From positions 2,569,945-2,633,944 of the forward strand of contig CP060234.1 of assembly GCA_023898685.1 (NCBI GenBank): a stretch of DNA of 64,000 nucleotides, written 5' to 3'. Positions 27,098-36,369 of this stretch are shown piece by piece. This DNA comes from Phycisphaeraceae bacterium. Lineage in GTDB: Bacteria; Planctomycetota; Phycisphaerae; Phycisphaerales; UBA1924. A program made the translations under genes and the position numbers. The notes under the pieces were generated by a model. It did no database searches, was not told the origin of the DNA, and saw only the letters and a list, made by a program, of their open reading frames with translations. Position 1 is the first letter of the stretch. Every line of letters starts with the position of its first letter.

Positions 27098-27637
27098 ATG
27101 GCCGGACCACAGCCCTACAGCGTCTCCTCTCCCCGCGGCGTCTGCGCCGTCACCGGCAATCCGATCAGCGCGGGCGAGCCCTGCGTTTCGTTGCTTGTCG
27201 AGCACGAAGGCGATGAGGGACTCGACCGCCTCGACGTCGCGCTCGACGCCTGGGACTCGGGCCGCCGCCCCGAGCACGCGGGCGCCACGATCGCGACCTG
27301 GCACACGGTGATACCCGAGAAGGACAAGCCCCGCCAGCAGCTCATCGGCGATGGGGAGGTGCTCGACCTGTTCGAGCAGCTGGCCGAGGCCGAAGACCCC
27401 AGGCAGCTCGCGTTCCGCTACCTGCTCGCGCTCATCCTCATCCGCAAGCGTCAGCTCGCCTGGGAGGGGGCGACGCCCGCCGCCCGGGGCGTGCCCGGCT
27501 CGATCAGCGTCCGCCGGCGGGGCGAGAAGGATGCGCCGCCGATGGAGGTCGTCGACCCGGGCCTCGACGACGACGCGATCGACGCCGCCACCGAGCAGAT
27601 CGCCATGGTCATGAACCTCGACGAGCAGGACACCTGA
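27098..27637 (+). CDS. Conserved-looking hypothetical protein (179 aa)
   Basis: The internal ATG at 27098 lies after the REP-A copy. The sequence is coherent and non-low-complexity (VCAVTGNPISAGEPCVSLLVEHEG...QLAFRYLLALILIRKRQLAWEG...). Its stop overlaps the next ATG. I can name no family. Confidence 0.55.
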   Translation: MAGPQPYSVSSPRGVCAVTGNPISAGEPCVSLLVEHEGDEGLDRLDVALDAWDSGRRPEHAGATIATWHTVIPEKDKPRQQLIGDGEVLDLFEQLAEAEDPRQLAFRYLLALILIRKRQLAWEGATPAARGVPGSISVRRRGEKDAPPMEVVDPGLDDDAIDAATEQIAMVMNLDEQDT

Positions 27638-28650
27638 TGCGCCACACGACGCGGCTCGAGACGCACCTTCCGGGGTGGCATGCCCACGCGCAGCGCGGGC
27701 ATGGTCTGGGACGATCCCGGCGCCATCCTGGAAAACGCGCCCGCGCTGCGCGTGGGCATGCCTCGCGGAGCGGCATCCCCGTCGTTGTCGCGATGCTCGC
27801 CTGCCTGGTGCTTGCGATCCTCCCCGCCGGCTGCGGTTCATCACCCAAGTCGGGCGGCGATCACTCCCAGCCCGCCCCGCTTGCCGACGCTGCGGCCGTG
27901 GTCAAGGCCTACAACGCGCGCACAAGCCGGGTCACTAGCCTCTGGGCCCGCGCCTCGGTGGTGCTCGAGGGCGAGGACGCCGAGGGACGCGACCTCCGCG
28001 AGCGGGCCGAGGGCCATCTTCAGATCGTGCCGCCGAGCGACGTCGCACTCACGCTCGGCAAGCTGGGCGAGACCAACCTGTATTTCGGGTCCAACGACAC
28101 CGTCTACTGGTGGTTTGACATGATCGATCCCGACTTCAAGGTCGCCTCGTTCGGCCGCCACCGGCTCGTCACCCCTGAGAAGATCGACCGTCTCGATCTG
28201 CCCATAGATCCGCTCGACCTCATTGAGGCGCTCGGCATTACGACCCTGCCGGACGATGGTTCGACGAAGGTCGCTCCCGGGCCCGAAGCCGGCACGCTCA
28301 TGCTCGCCGCTCCGGCCCACCGCGGCACCCGGCGGATCACAATCGACCGCGAGCACTCCGAGCCCGGCAGGATTGAGCTGCTGGATGACGACGGCCAGAC
28401 ACTGCTCGAGGCCGACCTGAGCCGGTACCGGCTGATCGCGGGGCTCGATCCGGGCGAAGCGCCGCTGCGCATCCCCGAGCGGGTGAACGTCCGCCTGGCC
28501 GGCTTCGACGGTGAGATCCGTCTTTCGTTCTACGAGCCGACTCGCCGCGAGATCAAGCCGGTCGCGTTCGATCCCGCCAAGCTCGCCGACGTGTACGGCA
28601 TCGACGCGCTCGAGGACCTCGACATGCCCACCGAGCGCCCGGGCCCGTAG
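27637..28650 (+). CDS. Lipoprotein, LolB/DUF4292-like (tentative)
   Basis: Lipobox LAILPAGCGSS. The mature part (VVKAYNARTSRVTSLWARASVVLEGEDAEG...LYFGSNDTVYWWFDM) resembles outer-membrane lipoprotein-sorting-fold proteins. The start is ambiguous: 27637 (coupled ATGA, but it translates the palindrome) or ATG 27793. Confidence 0.5.
   Translation: MRHTTRLETHLPGWHAHAQRGHGLGRSRRHPGKRARAARGHASRSGIPVVVAMLACLVLAILPAGCGSSPKSGGDHSQPAPLADAAAVVKAYNARTSRVTSLWARASVVLEGEDAEGRDLRERAEGHLQIVPPSDVALTLGKLGETNLYFGSNDTVYWWFDMIDPDFKVASFGRHRLVTPEKIDRLDLPIDPLDLIEALGITTLPDDGSTKVAPGPEAGTLMLAAPAHRGTRRITIDREHSEPGRIELLDDDGQTLLEADLSRYRLIAGLDPGEAPLRIPERVNVRLAGFDGEIRLSFYEPTRREIKPVAFDPAKLADVYGIDALEDLDMPTERPGP
27677..27762. 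repeat. Perfect 24-bp inverted repeat with 38-nt loop
   Basis: GGCATGCCCACGCGCAGCGCGGGC (27677-27700) and GCCCGCGCTGCGCGTGGGCATGCC (27739-27762). No second copy was seen in the window. Confidence 0.8.
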
Positions 28651-28658
28651 GATCGCCC

Positions 28659-30206
28659 ATGCTCTCCCATGCCCGGCGTCTGCTCGGGATCATCTTCGTT
28701 CTGCTCGCCACCGTTGCCTTTGCCCGCGCCGACGGGTACGCGATCGGCGTCGCAGGTGTCGACCAGCCCGACGCGGCGGTGCCCGAGGTGCATGGTTGGG
28801 TGGTCATGCCCAGGCCTGACGGCGACGGGTACATGCTCGTCCATCTCCCGCCCCGCGACGCCGCGGTGCATGGGGGGATCGAGGGGCTGGCCCGGCGAGC
28901 CCGCGAGTTGGCGGACACGCCCGTCGCGATTGCGGCCGACGGACGGCGGGTCTACACGGTCTTCAACGGCGAGCCCCGGACGCTCCGTTCGCTTGATGCT
29001 GTGCCGACGCCCGTGGACGGGATCTGGAACGAGGTGCCCGAGGACCGGTGGACGCCCTACACGCCCCCGCCCGCGAACGGCGATGTGCTGGGACTCGCGA
29101 TCGAGAATGGACGCCCGACCATCCTGCTGGCCATCGACGGCAAGCCCACGCTCTACGCGCTCGACGACGAGAAGTGGAGCGAGGCGGAACTGCCCGACAG
29201 CGATCCCGCCGGGCGATGGCGCCTTCTCGGCGACACGCAGGGGCTGGTCCTGGTGCGAGTCAACAAGGGCAAGATCACCTCGTGGCGGCGTGACGCCTCG
29301 ACCGGCTGGCGCGAGCGCGAAATAGCGGTGTCCGCCGACGCGGAGGTGGTGGGAGCGGTCCCGGGTGGGCTCGTGCTGCTCGCGCCCGACGGGGCCGACA
29401 AGCTCTCGGTGCTCGTCGCCAACGAAAACTCCGACGCCGCCGCTTCGCTTGTCGCCACGGTTGACCGGCCCGGGCCCGCCGACAAGACCAGCCTGGGCGT
29501 CGTTGTGTTGCCCGACGCGACGGGCCGCCTCGTGCTGCTCTGGGCCGAGCCCGTGGCGAAGGACGAGGGCTTTGCTCACATGATCCGGGAGATCTCGCTT
29601 TCGACGGGACACGTGCTCTATGACGGGCCGGTCGAGCAGATCATGCCCGTCTCGGCCAGCGAGTTCCGCCTGATCGCGATCGCCCTGATGCTCGTGCTCG
29701 TCGTCTCGCTCTACGTCGTGCTTAGGCCGGTCAACGAGCGCGATGCCGTATCGTTGCCGGAAGGCTGGGCCCTGGCCGGCCCGGGCCGCCGTTTCGTCGC
29801 CTCGGTGCTCGACGCCCTGGTCTGCGCGGTTCCCGTCTCCTGGCTGCTCGATGTCCCGCTCCAGCAGATCTTCTCGGCGGGTGCGCTGCTCGCGCCCGGC
29901 ACGTCCTGGGTCGCCATTCCCGCGGTCTTCGCCCTCGGCGCGGTCTACGGCGCGCTCGCCGAGGCCGCGTTCGGGACGACGCTGGGCAAGTTCCTGCTGG
30001 GCTGCCGCGTCATCCGCGTCGGTCCCGATGGCGGCCGGCCCGGTCTGGCCGCCTGTTTCATCCGCAACCTGATCAAGTGGGTCCTGCCCCCGGTCGCGGC
30101 GCTTGCGATGCTCGAACCCTCGGGGCGGCACCGCGGCGATCTCCTGGCCGGCGTGGTCGTCGCCATGCCCGCACTGCCCCCGACGCCGCCGGACGAGGGC
30201 GCGTGA
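28659..30206 (+). CDS. Membrane protein: signal peptide, ~330-aa extracytoplasmic domain, C-terminal RDD domain
   Basis: Signal peptide MLSHARRLLGIIFVLLATVAFARADG. The C-terminal region GRRFVASVLDALVCAVPVSWLL...YGALAEAAFGTTLGKFLLGCRVI...FIRNLIKWVLPPV...RHRGDLLAGVVV fits RDD-family topology. Confidence 0.6.
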   Translation: MLSHARRLLGIIFVLLATVAFARADGYAIGVAGVDQPDAAVPEVHGWVVMPRPDGDGYMLVHLPPRDAAVHGGIEGLARRARELADTPVAIAADGRRVYTVFNGEPRTLRSLDAVPTPVDGIWNEVPEDRWTPYTPPPANGDVLGLAIENGRPTILLAIDGKPTLYALDDEKWSEAELPDSDPAGRWRLLGDTQGLVLVRVNKGKITSWRRDASTGWREREIAVSADAEVVGAVPGGLVLLAPDGADKLSVLVANENSDAAASLVATVDRPGPADKTSLGVVVLPDATGRLVLLWAEPVAKDEGFAHMIREISLSTGHVLYDGPVEQIMPVSASEFRLIAIALMLVLVVSLYVVLRPVNERDAVSLPEGWALAGPGRRFVASVLDALVCAVPVSWLLDVPLQQIFSAGALLAPGTSWVAIPAVFALGAVYGALAEAAFGTTLGKFLLGCRVIRVGPDGGRPGLAACFIRNLIKWVLPPVAALAMLEPSGRHRGDLLAGVVVAMPALPPTPPDEGA

Positions 30207-30287
30207 TCGGCCCGGCCTGCACTTTCTTGCGCGGCCGGTGAAGCCCGCGGGCTCCGGCTCCCGATAGAGCCTCGGTGGAACACCCCT

Positions 30288-32876
30288 GTGGGGCCGGAGG
30301 ATCCGGTCCGGGTGGTGCCGCGGAGGTTTCGTGCCGTGGAGTCGGCTGGCGGATCCGGCAATGTGGCCCCCTCGGACGGGGGATCGACCCAAGGCCCCGA
30401 GCAGGGTTCGGGCGGTCCCGCTCGGACCCGTTGGCGCGATATCTGGCCGCTGCCGCTGCTGCTGGTTGCCGGTGGCACGCTCGTGGCGGGCGTGGTGATG
30501 TCGCTGATGACCCGGCCCGCGCCGGTGTTCACCCCAGCGCTCGAGCGCGCCGACCACATGATTAGCGCGGGGCGGTACGACGACGCCATCAAGGAACTCA
30601 ACGACAACGTCTTCCCCTACCTGGGTCGGCCCGAGCTCGGCGTCGAACTCGAAGCGAGATTCCACACGCTGCTGGCACGGGCGCTCTACAGAGGCCAGCA
30701 GGAGCTCGAGTTTCCGCAGCGCGTGAACGACGAGAACGTCGTCAAGCAGTACCTCGCGTCGGAAAAGCTCAACACCAAGCTCGCCCAGACTGACATCGAC
30801 GCGCTGGCGCGCACCTACGTGGCCCTCGACGAGCCCGATCGCGCCAAGGACAGGCTCCGCTCGCTGACCGACCCCGCCGACCGGGACGCCCTGTATCGCC
30901 TGCTCATCGATTCGGGCCTGCACAAGACACGCCCCGACTACGCGAACCTGCTGCTGACCATCGAGGAGATGCTCGCGTCCGACGGCCTGGATGAGACCGA
31001 CCGTGTCTGGGCGATGGCGCGCCGGGCGGAAGCGCAGCTCGAGCTGGGCTACACGTCGGAGGCGATCAACGACCTGCTCCGCGAGATGCCGCTGCTGGTC
31101 GGGAAGGACATCCCGGGCCTGGGTGAGTTGTTTGTGATGCTGGGGCGGGCCTACTACGACACGGGGGCCTACCGCGAGGCGCAGCGGGAGCTCGAGCGGG
31201 CCGACCGCGACGACATGCTCGCCGATTCCGACCCGGCCCGGGCCTGGGCCCGACTGTATCTCGCGCACGTCAAGACGCGGCTCGCGGCCGACGAGGACCA
31301 GCTCCGCGAGGCGAGGGACGGCTACGAGCAGATCGTGCAGCGGTCGAGCAACTCGGGTGCTTTTCTCCCGGCACTCCTGGGATTGGCGGAAACGGAGGCC
31401 GATCTCGGATCCGACGACGCATCTCTCGAGTCGTACGGGGCTCTCGTCTCGGAATTGAAGGCCCGCGACGACGTCCCCAGGCCGACCCGAGAGGAAGTGA
31501 CCGCGAGCCTGCTCTCCCGGGCCCGATCGCGGAACGAAGCGTGGCGCACGGGCGGCGGGCCGCAGCTCGTCGAGTTCGCGCTCCGCTTCGCCGAGATCGC
31601 CGGTGAGCTCTACCCCCTCGAATCGACCCCGGCCGACGTGCTCGACGTGCTCAGCCGGATCAACGAGTCGGCGGCGTATTCCACGCTGGGTCTTCCGCCC
31701 GACACCGAGCGGCAACAGCTCGACCTCGAAGACCTGCGGACGGCCGACCCCGGCACGCTCCAGCGGGCCAAGCGACACCTGATCCGCGCCGCGAGCTTCG
31801 CGCGGATGCACGCGGACTTGTTCGTGATCGATGACTATGAGAGGTACGCCGACTCGCTCTGGCGTTCGGCCCAGCTCAGCGACTCGGCGGGCGATCGGGA
31901 TCAGGCGATCGCGTCGTTCACGACGTTCGCCGAGACCGTGCGGGAAGACTCGCGGCAGGCCGAGGCGAGATTCCGGCTCGGGCAGATGTTCCAGGCGCGG
32001 GGCGAATACACGACCGCGGCCGACTACTACAAGGGCCTGATCGACGAGCAGCAGTCGTCGCCCAACCCCGGCGTCGGGCAGTGGGCTGATCTGAGCTACG
32101 TCCCGCTGGCGCAGTGTTACATCCTGGACGTGGACGACACCAACGACGGCGATGCGCTCCGGTTGCTCCAGAGCGCGATCGACGGCACGCGGGGCGGCCC
32201 GGATCGCCCCGAGTTCCGCCAGGCCGTGCTCGAGCTTGGCAACCTCGCGTTCCGCGACGGGCGTTACGCCGAGGCCATCGAGAAGTTCGAGGAGGCCATC
32301 GCCCGCGAGGGCGATCACGGCGACGAGGCGCTGGTCAGCTATCGGCTCGCCGACTCGTATCGCCTGCTCGCCGAGGAGATCGGGCACCGGCTCGACGAGC
32401 CGATGAGCGAACGCGACGCGGGGATGCTCGCGGACGAGCGGGCCGCCCACCTACGGCGGGCGATCGAGCTGTTCACGCAGGTGCGTGACGAGCTGGGCAA
32501 GCGCGATCCGCGGACGCTGACGCAACTGGAGGAGACCTACCTGCGGAACTCCTCGTTCTACCTGGGCGACTGCGCGTTCGATCTACGGAGTTTCGAGGAG
32601 GCGATCGAGTATTACCGCATGGCGAGATCGTCCTATCCGGGTGATCCGGCGGTGCTGGTGGCCTTGATGCAGATCGTCAACGCGTACATCGAGCTGGGCG
32701 ACATGCGCAGCGCCCGCACCGCGAACGAGCGGGCCAGGGCGTTCTACCAATCGCTCCCGAAAGAAGTTTGGGATGATCCCAACCTGCCCCTGGGGCGCCA
32801 GGAGTGGGAGCGGTGGCTCGACTCGAACGCGAAGCTCTACCAGGACTCGTCCGTTGCGGAGGCGCCATCGCAGTAA
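30288..32876 (+). CDS. Large TPR-repeat protein with N-terminal TM anchor
   Basis: TM helix IWPLPLLLVAGGTLVAGVVMSLM, followed by many TPR-like units (e.g. AEARFRLGQMFQARGEYTTAADYYKGLI, AVLELGNLAFRDGRYAEAIEKFEEAI, FYLGDCAFDLRSFEEAIEYYRMA). Confidence 0.7.
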   Translation: MGPEDPVRVVPRRFRAVESAGGSGNVAPSDGGSTQGPEQGSGGPARTRWRDIWPLPLLLVAGGTLVAGVVMSLMTRPAPVFTPALERADHMISAGRYDDAIKELNDNVFPYLGRPELGVELEARFHTLLARALYRGQQELEFPQRVNDENVVKQYLASEKLNTKLAQTDIDALARTYVALDEPDRAKDRLRSLTDPADRDALYRLLIDSGLHKTRPDYANLLLTIEEMLASDGLDETDRVWAMARRAEAQLELGYTSEAINDLLREMPLLVGKDIPGLGELFVMLGRAYYDTGAYREAQRELERADRDDMLADSDPARAWARLYLAHVKTRLAADEDQLREARDGYEQIVQRSSNSGAFLPALLGLAETEADLGSDDASLESYGALVSELKARDDVPRPTREEVTASLLSRARSRNEAWRTGGGPQLVEFALRFAEIAGELYPLESTPADVLDVLSRINESAAYSTLGLPPDTERQQLDLEDLRTADPGTLQRAKRHLIRAASFARMHADLFVIDDYERYADSLWRSAQLSDSAGDRDQAIASFTTFAETVREDSRQAEARFRLGQMFQARGEYTTAADYYKGLIDEQQSSPNPGVGQWADLSYVPLAQCYILDVDDTNDGDALRLLQSAIDGTRGGPDRPEFRQAVLELGNLAFRDGRYAEAIEKFEEAIAREGDHGDEALVSYRLADSYRLLAEEIGHRLDEPMSERDAGMLADERAAHLRRAIELFTQVRDELGKRDPRTLTQLEETYLRNSSFYLGDCAFDLRSFEEAIEYYRMARSSYPGDPAVLVALMQIVNAYIELGDMRSARTANERARAFYQSLPKEVWDDPNLPLGRQEWERWLDSNAKLYQDSSVAEAPSQ

Positions 32877-32903
32877 CCGGCGGAGCCGGGGAAGGCCGTC
32901 AGG

Positions 32904-33404
32904 ATGACACATCGGGCGTCAGGGAACGACGCGGCGATCCAACTCGAGAACAAGCTGGGCGAGCACTGGCGCGGCGCGCTCGACCGCGTGCTCTCGCGCC
33001 AGCTCGAGCTCTACGGCGAGCTCGACGCGTTGTGCAATCGGCAGCGGGGGCTCATCGAGGCGAACGACGCCGACCGCCTCGTGGGGCTGCTCGGCGAGCG
33101 CTCTCGGGTCGTGCAGTCCATCGCCGACACCGCCGATCATCTCGCGCCGTTCACCAGGGCCTGGGGGGAGATCGAATCGACCCTGGACGACAAGACGCTC
33201 CGCGACCTCAAGCGGCGGCTCGACGTGATCGCGTCGATCGCGGCGTCGGTCGCCGAACGAGACGCCGCGGACGGGGAGGCGATCAAGGCCAAGCGGAACG
33301 CCCTCGCCGACCGGCTCGCTGGGTTGGACCGGTCGAAGGCGGCGGTGACGGCGTACGGCGGGCCCAGGCCGAGCGGCGCCCGTATGCAGGACAGGAAGGG
33401 CTGA
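32904..33404 (+). CDS. Helical protein, FlgN-like flagellar chaperone (tentative)
   Basis: 166 aa and all-helical, with the pattern LDRVLSRQLELYGELDALCNRQRGLIEANDADRLVGLLGERSRVVQSI reminiscent of FlgN. It is the first gene of the flagellar strand block. Confidence 0.35.
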   Translation: MTHRASGNDAAIQLENKLGEHWRGALDRVLSRQLELYGELDALCNRQRGLIEANDADRLVGLLGERSRVVQSIADTADHLAPFTRAWGEIESTLDDKTLRDLKRRLDVIASIAASVAERDAADGEAIKAKRNALADRLAGLDRSKAAVTAYGGPRPSGARMQDRKG

Positions 33405-33407
33405 CCG

Positions 33408-34376
33408 ATGTCCGTGATCGCGCCGGGCTCGCCGGTCCAGATCGATGCCTCGAAGCCGACGGGCGAGGCTCTCACGCCGACCGATCTGGTCGAGCTGATC
33501 ACCTCGTTCAATGAGGTGACCGCGAAGCTCGAAGCGACCCACGCGACGCTGAGGGGCGAGGTCGCCCGGCTCAACCAGGAGTTGCACGAAGCGAACGAGC
33601 GGCTCAGGAGGTCGGAGAGGCTGGCGGAGTTGGGCGAGATGGCCGCGGGGATCGCCCATGAGATCCGCAACCCGCTCGGCTCGATCAGCCTGTACAGCGA
33701 GATGCTGGCGAAGGACCTCCCCGACGCCGGGGACGGCGCCCCCGGGGGCGTGGCGCGGCGGATCGGCTCGGAGGTGCGTCGGCTCGACGCGATCGTCCGT
33801 GACGTGCTGAGCTTCGCGCGCGAGCTGCGGGTCAGGCCCGAGCCGATCCCGATCGCCGATCTCTTCGACGCCGCGACGCATTCGCTGCGGACGACCAATC
33901 CGGGTCGCGCGGCGCCGGTGTTCGGCCGGCTCGACGCCGAACCGGATCGCCCTCGCGCAGTCTGCTGCGACCAGTCGCTGGGCCTCCAGGCGTTGCTCAA
34001 CGTGATCGAGAACGCGAGGCAGGCGATGGGCGGCACGCCGCTCGACCCGGTCACACTCGATTGCCGGCCCGTCACGCTTCGGGCCAAGGGCGGGCGGGCC
34101 CGTCCCGGGGTGGCGTTGATCGTCACCGACTGCGGCCCGGGCATCGACGAGGCCGTACTCGAGCGGATGTTCAACCCATTCTTCACGACGCGCGAGGCCG
34201 GCACGGGCCTGGGTCTCGCGATCGTGCACCGGATCGTCGACGCGCACGAGGGGTGCGTGGTCGTGCGGAACAACAGCGAGCTCGACCCGGGCGCACGAGG
34301 CGCGACGGTCGAGCTGCATTTTCCCGACATCGAATCGGATCGTGAACACTTTGCAGAAACGGAGCGCCAGGGATGA
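33408..34376 (+). CDS. Cytoplasmic sensor histidine kinase (NtrB/FleS/FlrB-like)
   Basis: H-box MAAGIAHEIRNPLGSI, N-box LLNVIENARQAM, G1 DCGPGI, G2 GTGLGLAIV. It has no TM helices and overlaps the downstream regulator (ATGA). Confidence 0.85.
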   Translation: MSVIAPGSPVQIDASKPTGEALTPTDLVELITSFNEVTAKLEATHATLRGEVARLNQELHEANERLRRSERLAELGEMAAGIAHEIRNPLGSISLYSEMLAKDLPDAGDGAPGGVARRIGSEVRRLDAIVRDVLSFARELRVRPEPIPIADLFDAATHSLRTTNPGRAAPVFGRLDAEPDRPRAVCCDQSLGLQALLNVIENARQAMGGTPLDPVTLDCRPVTLRAKGGRARPGVALIVTDCGPGIDEAVLERMFNPFFTTREAGTGLGLAIVHRIVDAHEGCVVVRNNSELDPGARGATVELHFPDIESDREHFAETERQG

Positions 34377-35818
34377 GCACCGTACTCGTGGTCGACGACA
34401 AAGAGATGATGCGTGACAGCGTCGCCCAGACGCTCCGGCGGGCGGGGTTCGAGGTCGCGGTGGCCGCCGATGGGCCGACCGCTCTCGGCATGATCGCCCA
34501 GAAGCGGCCCGACGCGATCGTCACCGACCTCAAGATGCCCGGCATGTCCGGCATCGAGCTGGTCGAGAAGATCGCCCAGATCGACGACACGCTGCCGTCG
34601 ATCGTCATGACCGCGTTCGGCACGATCGAGACGGCCGTGGAGGCGATGAAGCGGGGGGCGTTCGACTACGTCACCAAGCCCTTCGAGGGTGACGAGCTCA
34701 TCATCACGATCAAGCGGGGGCTGCGGCAGTCGAAGCTCGCCCGCGAGAACGCGGTGCTCCGGGCGGGCGCGGCGCGGGCCGAGGCGAGCGTCCCGAGCGG
34801 CGGTGGGCTTGACCGGCTCGTGGGCGTGTCTCCTCAGATGGACGACGTCAAGGCCCAGATCGAGGCGGTCGCGGCGAGCCAGGGCAACGTGCTGATCACA
34901 GGCGAGAGCGGCACGGGCAAGGAGGTTGTCGCGCGGGCCGTGCACGACCTGAGCCCCCGCTCGGGCGGCGCGTTCCTCGCCGTCAACTGCGCCGCGTTGA
35001 GCGAGAGCCTGCTCGAGAGCGAGCTGTTCGGGCACGAGCGCGGTGCGTTCACCGGGGCCGACAAGCTGCGAAAGGGCCGGTTCGAGCTGGCCGACGGCGG
35101 GACGCTGCTGCTCGACGAAGTGAGCGAGGTCAGCCCCCACATCCAGGCGAAGCTGCTGCGGGTGCTCCAGGAGCGGGCCTTCGAGCGGGTCGGCTCGAGC
35201 CTGACCATCGGTGTCGATGTCCGCGTCGTCGCGACGAGCAACCGCGACCTGACCGCGTCGATCGAGGCGGGTGATTTCCGGGGCGACCTCTTCTATCGAC
35301 TCAACGTGCTGCCAGTCCATCTGCCCCCGCTGCGCGCACGGCGGGGGGACGTCGGCCCGCTCGCCGAGCACTTCATCGGGCGGTTCTGCGCCCGCGAGGG
35401 ACGCGAGGCCCTGGGTTGGACCGACGCCGCGATGGACTCGCTCGAGCGGTACGCCTGGCCCGGCAATGTCCGCGAGCTACAGAACATCTGCGAGCGGGCG
35501 GTTGTGCTCGCGACGGCCCGGGGGGCGAGCCGGATCGACGCCCCGCTGATCGATCCGTGGCTGCGGAGCGAGCCGGGCCGGCTCGACGCGGCGCTGGCGG
35601 AGGTGAAGCCCGCACCCGTGAACGGGGCGGTGTACACGAACGGGCACGGGTCGATCCGCCCCTTGGCGGACATCGAGCGCGAGACCATTGTGACGACCCT
35701 GCACCATTTCAACGGGCACCGGCAGAAGACCGCCCGGGCGCTGGGCATCGGCGTGCGCACGCTGGGGCTCAAGCTCAAGAAATGGAAGGAAGAGCAGCTC
35801 GTCCCGGCGACGCTGTGA
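34373..35818 (+). CDS. Sigma-54-dependent response regulator (NtrC family; FleR/FlrC/FlbD-like)
   Basis: REC domain (DAIVTDLKMPGMSG). AAA+ domain with Walker A GESGTGKE and the sigma-54 contact loop ERGAFTGA. C-terminal Fis-type HTH (KTARALGIGVRTLGLKLKKW). Confidence 0.9.
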   Translation: MSTVLVVDDKEMMRDSVAQTLRRAGFEVAVAADGPTALGMIAQKRPDAIVTDLKMPGMSGIELVEKIAQIDDTLPSIVMTAFGTIETAVEAMKRGAFDYVTKPFEGDELIITIKRGLRQSKLARENAVLRAGAARAEASVPSGGGLDRLVGVSPQMDDVKAQIEAVAASQGNVLITGESGTGKEVVARAVHDLSPRSGGAFLAVNCAALSESLLESELFGHERGAFTGADKLRKGRFELADGGTLLLDEVSEVSPHIQAKLLRVLQERAFERVGSSLTIGVDVRVVATSNRDLTASIEAGDFRGDLFYRLNVLPVHLPPLRARRGDVGPLAEHFIGRFCAREGREALGWTDAAMDSLERYAWPGNVRELQNICERAVVLATARGASRIDAPLIDPWLRSEPGRLDAALAEVKPAPVNGAVYTNGHGSIRPLADIERETIVTTLHHFNGHRQKTARALGIGVRTLGLKLKKWKEEQLVPATL

Positions 35819-35881
35819 GGGTGGCCCGGCCCGCCGAGCCGGGTGCAGGGTTGGGGCGGGAGGTCCGTGTCGCAGGGCGGC

Positions 35882-35897
35882 TGGCCCCTCGATTGCG
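35882..35897 (+). promoter_or_regulatory. Candidate sigma-54 (-24/-12) promoter upstream of or at flgB
   Basis: TGGCCCCTCGATTGCG fits TGGCAC-N5-TTGC with canonical GG-N10-GC spacing. It would place the transcription start only ~1-3 nt before the GTG at 35909, which is uncomfortable. Confidence 0.25.
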
Positions 35898-35908
35898 AAA
35901 GGACGCGC

Positions 35909-36355
35909 GTGGGCATCATCGACCAGCTCGACAACGCCGGGGCGCTGCCCGCGCTCGACAAGATGATGCGCTTCGCCGCCGGCCGCCAGAAGCTGATCGC
36001 GCACAACATCGCGAACATGGACACGCCCGGATTCCTCGAGGTCGACGTCGACCCCAAGGCGTTCCAGGAACAGCTGGCGAAGGCGATCGATGATCGTCGG
36101 TCCCGGAACGGGGGAGGGCATGGCGATCTGGGCATGGAATCGACCCGGGAAGTGGGGGTGCTGCCCGACGGGCGGCTGAGCTTCGACCCACGAACCGGCA
36201 GCGGCAACATCCTGTTCCACGACCGCAACAACCGCGACCTGGAGCGCACGATGCAGTCGATGGTCGAGAACGCGGCGATGTTCCGCCTCGCGTCCGACCT
36301 CTACCGCAACCGGACGCGGGTGCTGCGCGATGCGATCGCTGAGCGCGTGACCTGA
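35909..36355 (+). CDS. flgB: Flagellar basal-body rod protein FlgB
   Basis: KLIAHNIANMDTPGF rod motif and conserved C-terminus. GTG 35909 (preceded by AAAGGA) gives a typical N-terminal length. The track start at 35843 is the alternative. Confidence 0.85.
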   Translation: MGIIDQLDNAGALPALDKMMRFAAGRQKLIAHNIANMDTPGFLEVDVDPKAFQEQLAKAIDDRRSRNGGGHGDLGMESTREVGVLPDGRLSFDPRTGSGNILFHDRNNRDLERTMQSMVENAAMFRLASDLYRNRTRVLRDAIAERVT

Positions 36356-36369
36356 TCTGAGGGGAGACG

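Noticed and set aside
28530-32450. 1306-aa ORF on the minus strand
   Set aside because: It lies antisense to the RDD-domain and TPR genes, which have recognisable domain architecture. Its translation is dominated by R, G, P, A, D and H with no motifs. Long antisense open frames are expected in DNA this GC-rich.
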